2,037 nt of DNA from Escherichia coli (GTDB lineage: Bacteria > Pseudomonadota > Gammaproteobacteria > Enterobacterales > Enterobacteriaceae). The notes beneath the pieces were generated by a model. The model saw only the letters and a program-made list of their open reading frames with translations. It did not search any database and had not been told where the DNA came from. The position numbers and the translations under genes were made by a program. Location of the stretch: the NCBI RefSeq assembly GCF_003334815.1, contig NZ_QOWO01000089.1; one strand, given 5' to 3'. This document shows, in pieces, positions 1-2,037 of this stretch. Positions within the stretch are counted from its first letter, which is position 1. Every line of letters begins with the position of its first letter.

Positions 1-846
1 AACCAGATGGACCCGGTGTACACGCCGGCGCGAAAAATCCACCTGTACCACTGCGACCATCGCGGCCTGCCGCTGGCCCTTATCAGCAAGGAAGGGACAA
101 CAGAATGGTGCGCAGAATACGATGAATGGGGCAACCTGCTGAATGAAGAGAACCCGCATCAGCTGCAGCAGCTTATCCGCCTGCCGGGGCAGCAGTATGA
201 TGAGGAGTCCGGCCTGTATTACAACCGCCACCGCTATTATGACCCGCTGCAGGGGCGATATATCACTCAGGATCCGATTGGACTGAAGGGGGGATGGAAC
301 CTGTATGGATATCAATTGAATCCGATATCAGACATCGACCCCTTGGGTTTATCTATGTGGGAGGATGCAAAATCGGGGGCATGTACTAATGGTCTTTGCG
401 GCACACTATCCGCTATGATAGGTCCAGATAAATTTGATTCTATAGATAGCACCGCATATGGCGCCTTAAATAAAATAAATAGCCAATCTATTTGCGAAGA
501 TAAAGAGTTCGCTGGTTTAATATGTAAGGATAATAGTGGCAGATATTTCTCAACAGCACCTAACCGAGGAGAAAGAAAAGGATCATATCCATTCAATAGC
601 CCTTGCCCTAATGGTACTGAGAAAGTATCAGCTTATCATACTCATGGTGCAGATAGTCATGGAGAATATTGGGACGAAATATTTTCAGGTAAAGATGAGA
701 AAATAGTTAAAAGTAAAGATAACAATATCAAGTCATTTTATTTAGGTACGCCCAGTGGTAATTTTAAAGCAATAGATAACCACGGGAAGGAAATAACAAA
801 CAGAAAAGGATTACCTAATGTCTGCAGAGTTCATGGTAATATGTAA
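1..846 (+). CDS. Rhs family protein, C-terminal portion (end of conserved core plus variable C-terminal toxin domain); 5' partial, ORF is open to the window start
   Basis: Frame 1 is open from nt 1 (aac cag atg...) to TAA at 844-846. The translation contains the conserved Rhs core end ...[45 protein letters not shown], followed by an unrelated AT-rich tail. The core portion matches E. coli RhsA/RhsB-type core ends as I recall them; which paralog cannot be decided from this window. Confidence 0.9.
   Translation, partial: NQMDPVYTPARKIHLYHCDHRGLPLALISKEGTTEWCAEYDEWGNLLNEENPHQLQQLIRLPGQQYDEESGLYYNRHRYYDPLQGRYITQDPIGLKGGWNLYGYQLNPISDIDPLGLSMWEDAKSGACTNGLCGTLSAMIGPDKFDSIDSTAYGALNKINSQSICEDKEFAGLICKDNSGRYFSTAPNRGERKGSYPFNSPCPNGTEKVSAYHTHGADSHGEYWDEIFSGKDEKIVKSKDNNIKSFYLGTPSGNFKAIDNHGKEITNRKGLPNVCRVHGNM
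337..351 (+). other. Rhs core / C-terminal tip junction motif DPxGL (DPLGL), predicted autoproteolytic release site for the toxin tip
   Basis: Codons gac-ccc-ttg-ggt-tta at 337-351 encode DPLGL at the end of the PxxxxDPxGL hyperconserved Rhs region. Nucleotide composition drops sharply just downstream. In Rhs/YD-repeat proteins this motif marks the core/tip demarcation and aspartyl autoproteolysis site (established knowledge). Confidence 0.8.
352..846 (+). other. Variable Rhs C-terminal toxin domain (Rhs-CT), about 164 aa, activity unknown
   Basis: Sequence after DPLGL ([17 protein letters not shown]...[22 protein letters not shown]...NVCRVHGNM) is AT-rich and unrelated to the core. It has six Cys and an HTH...SGKD arrangement (HTH at nt 637-645, SGKD at 685-696). 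Position and composition are typical of a displaced polymorphic toxin tip. Confidence 0.7.
805..810 (+). promoter_or_regulatory. Shine-Dalgarno-like element (AAAGGA) for the 818 start codon
   Basis: aaagga at 805-810, 7-nt spacer, ATG at 818. It lies inside the 3' end of the toxin ORF, consistent with translational coupling. Confidence 0.4.
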
Positions 847-1201
847 AAAAATATTGTTTAGGAACTGTGTCATTGTATCTTTGTTTGTTTTTACATACAA
901 CACATGGGCGCAGTGTAATAATAATATTAAAATAATGCGCAAGTATGAAAGTGAAGGTAAATATACCGTTAGAAATTTGGTTAAAAATAAAGCTATAGCA
1001 TTGGAATTAGCTGAGATATATGTTAAGAATCGTTATGGACAGGATGCCGCAGAAGAAGAAAAACCATACGAAATCACTGAGTTAACAACAAGTTGGGTTG
1101 TTGAAGGTACCATTCACTTAGACCAAATTGCTGGTGGGGTTTTTATTATAGAAATAGGCAAAAATGATGGGAGAATTCTGAATTTTGGCCACGGAAAATA
1201 A
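818..1201 (+). CDS. Putative cognate Rhs immunity protein (127 aa), possibly with N-terminal signal peptide or membrane anchor
   Basis: ORF starts 29 bp before the toxin stop codon (818 vs 846) and is preceded by an SD-like AAAGGA. AT-rich like the toxin tip. N-terminus [32 protein letters not shown] has a basic n-region, hydrophobic core and a TWA-Q candidate cleavage site. Size and position match what I recall of yhhH downstream of rhsB in E. coli K-12, unverified. Alternative in-frame starts at 833 and 935 cannot be excluded. Confidence 0.6.
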   Translation: MSAEFMVICKKILFRNCVIVSLFVFTYNTWAQCNNNIKIMRKYESEGKYTVRNLVKNKAIALELAEIYVKNRYGQDAAEEEKPYEITELTTSWVVEGTIHLDQIAGGVFIIEIGKNDGRILNFGHGK

Positions 1202-1292
1202 GTATGTAAGGATAATCAAACATCGTGTGCGCTGATGGCAGAGTAGGTGGAGGACTCCAGACAGTCAAACGATAGAAAAAGATAGCCTTTAT

Positions 1293-1297
1293 GGAGG
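1293..1297 (+). promoter_or_regulatory. Shine-Dalgarno (GGAGG) for the ATG at 1306
   Basis: ggagg at 1293-1297, 8-nt spacer, ATG at 1306. The ATG at 1291 used by the ORF track overlaps this SD and is probably not the true start. Confidence 0.5.
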
Positions 1298-1305
1298 TTC
1301 CTGCA

Positions 1306-1689
1306 ATGTCAAATACATACCAGAAAAGAAAGGCAAGTAAAGAGTATGGTTTATATAATAAATGTAAGAAACTAAATGATGATGAATTATTTCGCTTACT
1401 TGATGATCGCAATTCCTTGAAAAGGATTTCATCTGCCAGAGTATTACAGTTAAGAGGGGGGCAAGACGCTGTTAGATTGGCAATTGAATTCTGCACTGAC
1501 AAAAATTATATCCGTAGAGATATCGGAGCATTTATACTCGGGCAAATATAAATTTGCAAAAAATGCGAAGATAATGTTTTTAATATTTTGAACAATATGG
1601 CATTGAATGATAAGAGTGCTTGCGTTCGAGCTACGGCAATCGAGTCAACGGCCAGGGAAAGATCATCAAAAGTTCACTTTTTGCACTAA
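1306..1689 (+). pseudogene. yibA: YibA-like HEAT-repeat protein gene (Rhs-associated orphan immunity-type gene), disrupted: in-frame TAA at 1549-1551 and 3' truncated
   Basis: Translation from 1306 (MSNTYQKRKASKEYGLYNKCKKLNDDELFRLLDDRNSLKRISSARVLQLRGGQDAVRLAIEFCTDKNYIRRDIGAFILGQI*) closely matches my recollection of the N-terminus of E. coli YibA, encoded next to rhsA. The same frame stays open after the TAA for 45 more codons (ICKKCEDNVFNILNNMALNDKSACVRATAIESTARERSSKVHFLH, stop at 1687-1689), indicating a recent nonsense mutation. Full-length YibA is about 280 aa, so the gene is also truncated. Confidence 0.6.
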
Positions 1690-1770
1690 ATAATTCGCAT
1701 TTTATGTTTAAAAATTGAGATATTCCTTATTACCTGAAGCTGTTTTTTATTGCTTATACATGATCAAATA

Positions 1771-1790
1771 CTCCTTACCTAATTAAGGAG
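1771..1790 (+). promoter_or_regulatory. Hairpin sequestering the transposase ribosome-binding site (stem ctcctta / taaggag, 6-nt loop); SD AAGGAG at 1785-1790
   Basis: ctcctta (1771-1777) is the exact reverse complement of taaggag (1784-1790), with loop cctaat (1778-1783). The 3' arm contains the SD located 6 nt upstream of the ATG at 1797. Such structures commonly limit transposase translation from read-through transcripts in IS elements. Confidence 0.5.
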
Positions 1791-1796
1791 AACAAA

Positions 1797-2037
1797 ATGG
1801 AACTTAAAAAATTGATGGAACATATTTCTATTATCCCCGATTACAGACAAACCTGGAAAGTGGAACATAAATTATCGGATATTCTACTGTTGACTATTTG
1901 TGCCGTTATTTCTGGTGCAGAAGGTTGGGAAGATATAGAGGATTTTGGGGAAACACATCTCGATTTTTTGAAGCAATATGGTGATTTTGAAAATGGTATT
2001 CCTGTTCACGATACCATTGCCAGAGTTGTATCCTGTA
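1797..2037 (+). CDS. ISAs1-family transposase (H-repeat-associated protein), N-terminal 80 codons; 3' partial, continues beyond window
   Basis: Not in the supplied ORF track because it has no stop inside the window. ATG at 1797 with strong SD; translation [80 protein letters not shown] matches my recollection of the N-terminus of E. coli H-rpt proteins (YhhI/YdcC/YbfD type, ISAs1 family), which classically accompany rhs loci. Confidence 0.85.
   Translation, partial: MELKKLMEHISIIPDYRQTWKVEHKLSDILLLTICAVISGAEGWEDIEDFGETHLDFLKQYGDFENGIPVHDTIARVVSC

Larger units (their letters stand above)
1690..2037. mobile_element. Left part of an ISAs1-family (H-rpt) insertion sequence; left boundary not determined (somewhere between about 1650 and 1790)
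   Basis: Inferred from the transposase gene at 1797 and from the abrupt loss of the yibA-like reading frame upstream. The terminal inverted repeat could not be identified without the other end of the element. Confidence 0.5.

Noticed and set aside
312-596. 94-aa ORF on the minus strand
   Set aside because: Lies entirely antisense within the Rhs CDS, straddles the GC/AT transition, has no convincing RBS and no recognisable protein features. Most likely a chance antisense ORF.
520-700. ADP-ribosyltransferase-like R / S-T-x / E-x-E pattern in the toxin tip (R179, STA 182-184, EYWDE)
   Set aside because: Residue spacing and order do not fit the ART fold (Arg and the STS motif are normally tens of residues apart, and there is no true ExE). 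Treated as coincidence.
1291-1305. ATG at 1291 as start of the yibA-like ORF (MEVPAM...), as given in the ORF track
   Set aside because: This ATG overlaps the GGAGG Shine-Dalgarno (1293-1297) that is correctly spaced for the ATG at 1306. Starting at 1306 gives MSNTYQKRK..., matching the recalled YibA N-terminus.
1146-1502. 118-aa ORF on the minus strand
   Set aside because: Antisense to the 3' end of the immunity ORF and to the yibA-like gene, both of which have much stronger support (SD, recalled homology). The low-complexity translation (SSSKRNNSSSFSF) is typical of an AT-rich antisense artefact.
1721-1780. Possible direct repeat tccttattacct (about 1724-1735) / tccttacct (1772-1780) as IS terminal structure
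   Set aside because: Short and imperfect. The second copy is already explained as one arm of the RBS hairpin; insufficient evidence for a terminal repeat.
1700-1796. Sigma-70 promoter for the transposase gene
   Set aside because: Candidate hexamers (for example TTGAGA at 1715-1720, TATTAC at 1728-1733) do not pair with acceptable spacing. No convincing -35/-10 combination could be called by eye.
1-2037. CRISPR arrays, tRNA/rRNA genes, tandem repeats
   Set aside because: No regularly spaced repeats, no tRNA-like cloverleaf candidates and no rRNA-like conserved blocks were seen on either strand.

Overview
The window reads as the 3' end of an enterobacterial (E. coli-type) rhs locus on the + strand, a well-described class of polymorphic toxin system rather than an obviously new one. 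It contains: (1) the GC-rich end of an Rhs core ORF that enters from upstream and ends in the conserved DPxGL junction motif (DPLGL, nt 337-351); (2) an AT-rich variable C-terminal toxin tip of about 164 aa (nt 352-846) whose activity I cannot assign; (3) a 127-aa ORF overlapping the toxin stop by 29 bp (818-1201), best explained as the cognate immunity gene; (4) the 5' part of a second immunity-like gene (from 1306) that I recall as resembling E. coli YibA, broken by an in-frame TAA at 1549-1551; (5) the start of an ISAs1-family (H-repeat) transposase gene at 1797 running off the window, with its ribosome-binding site inside a short hairpin. The arrangement resembles the E. coli K-12 rhsB-yhhH-H-rpt(yhhI) region as I recall it, but all homology statements are from memory and need a database search. 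The two minus-strand ORFs in the track look like antisense artefacts. No RNA genes, CRISPR arrays or tandem repeats were seen.
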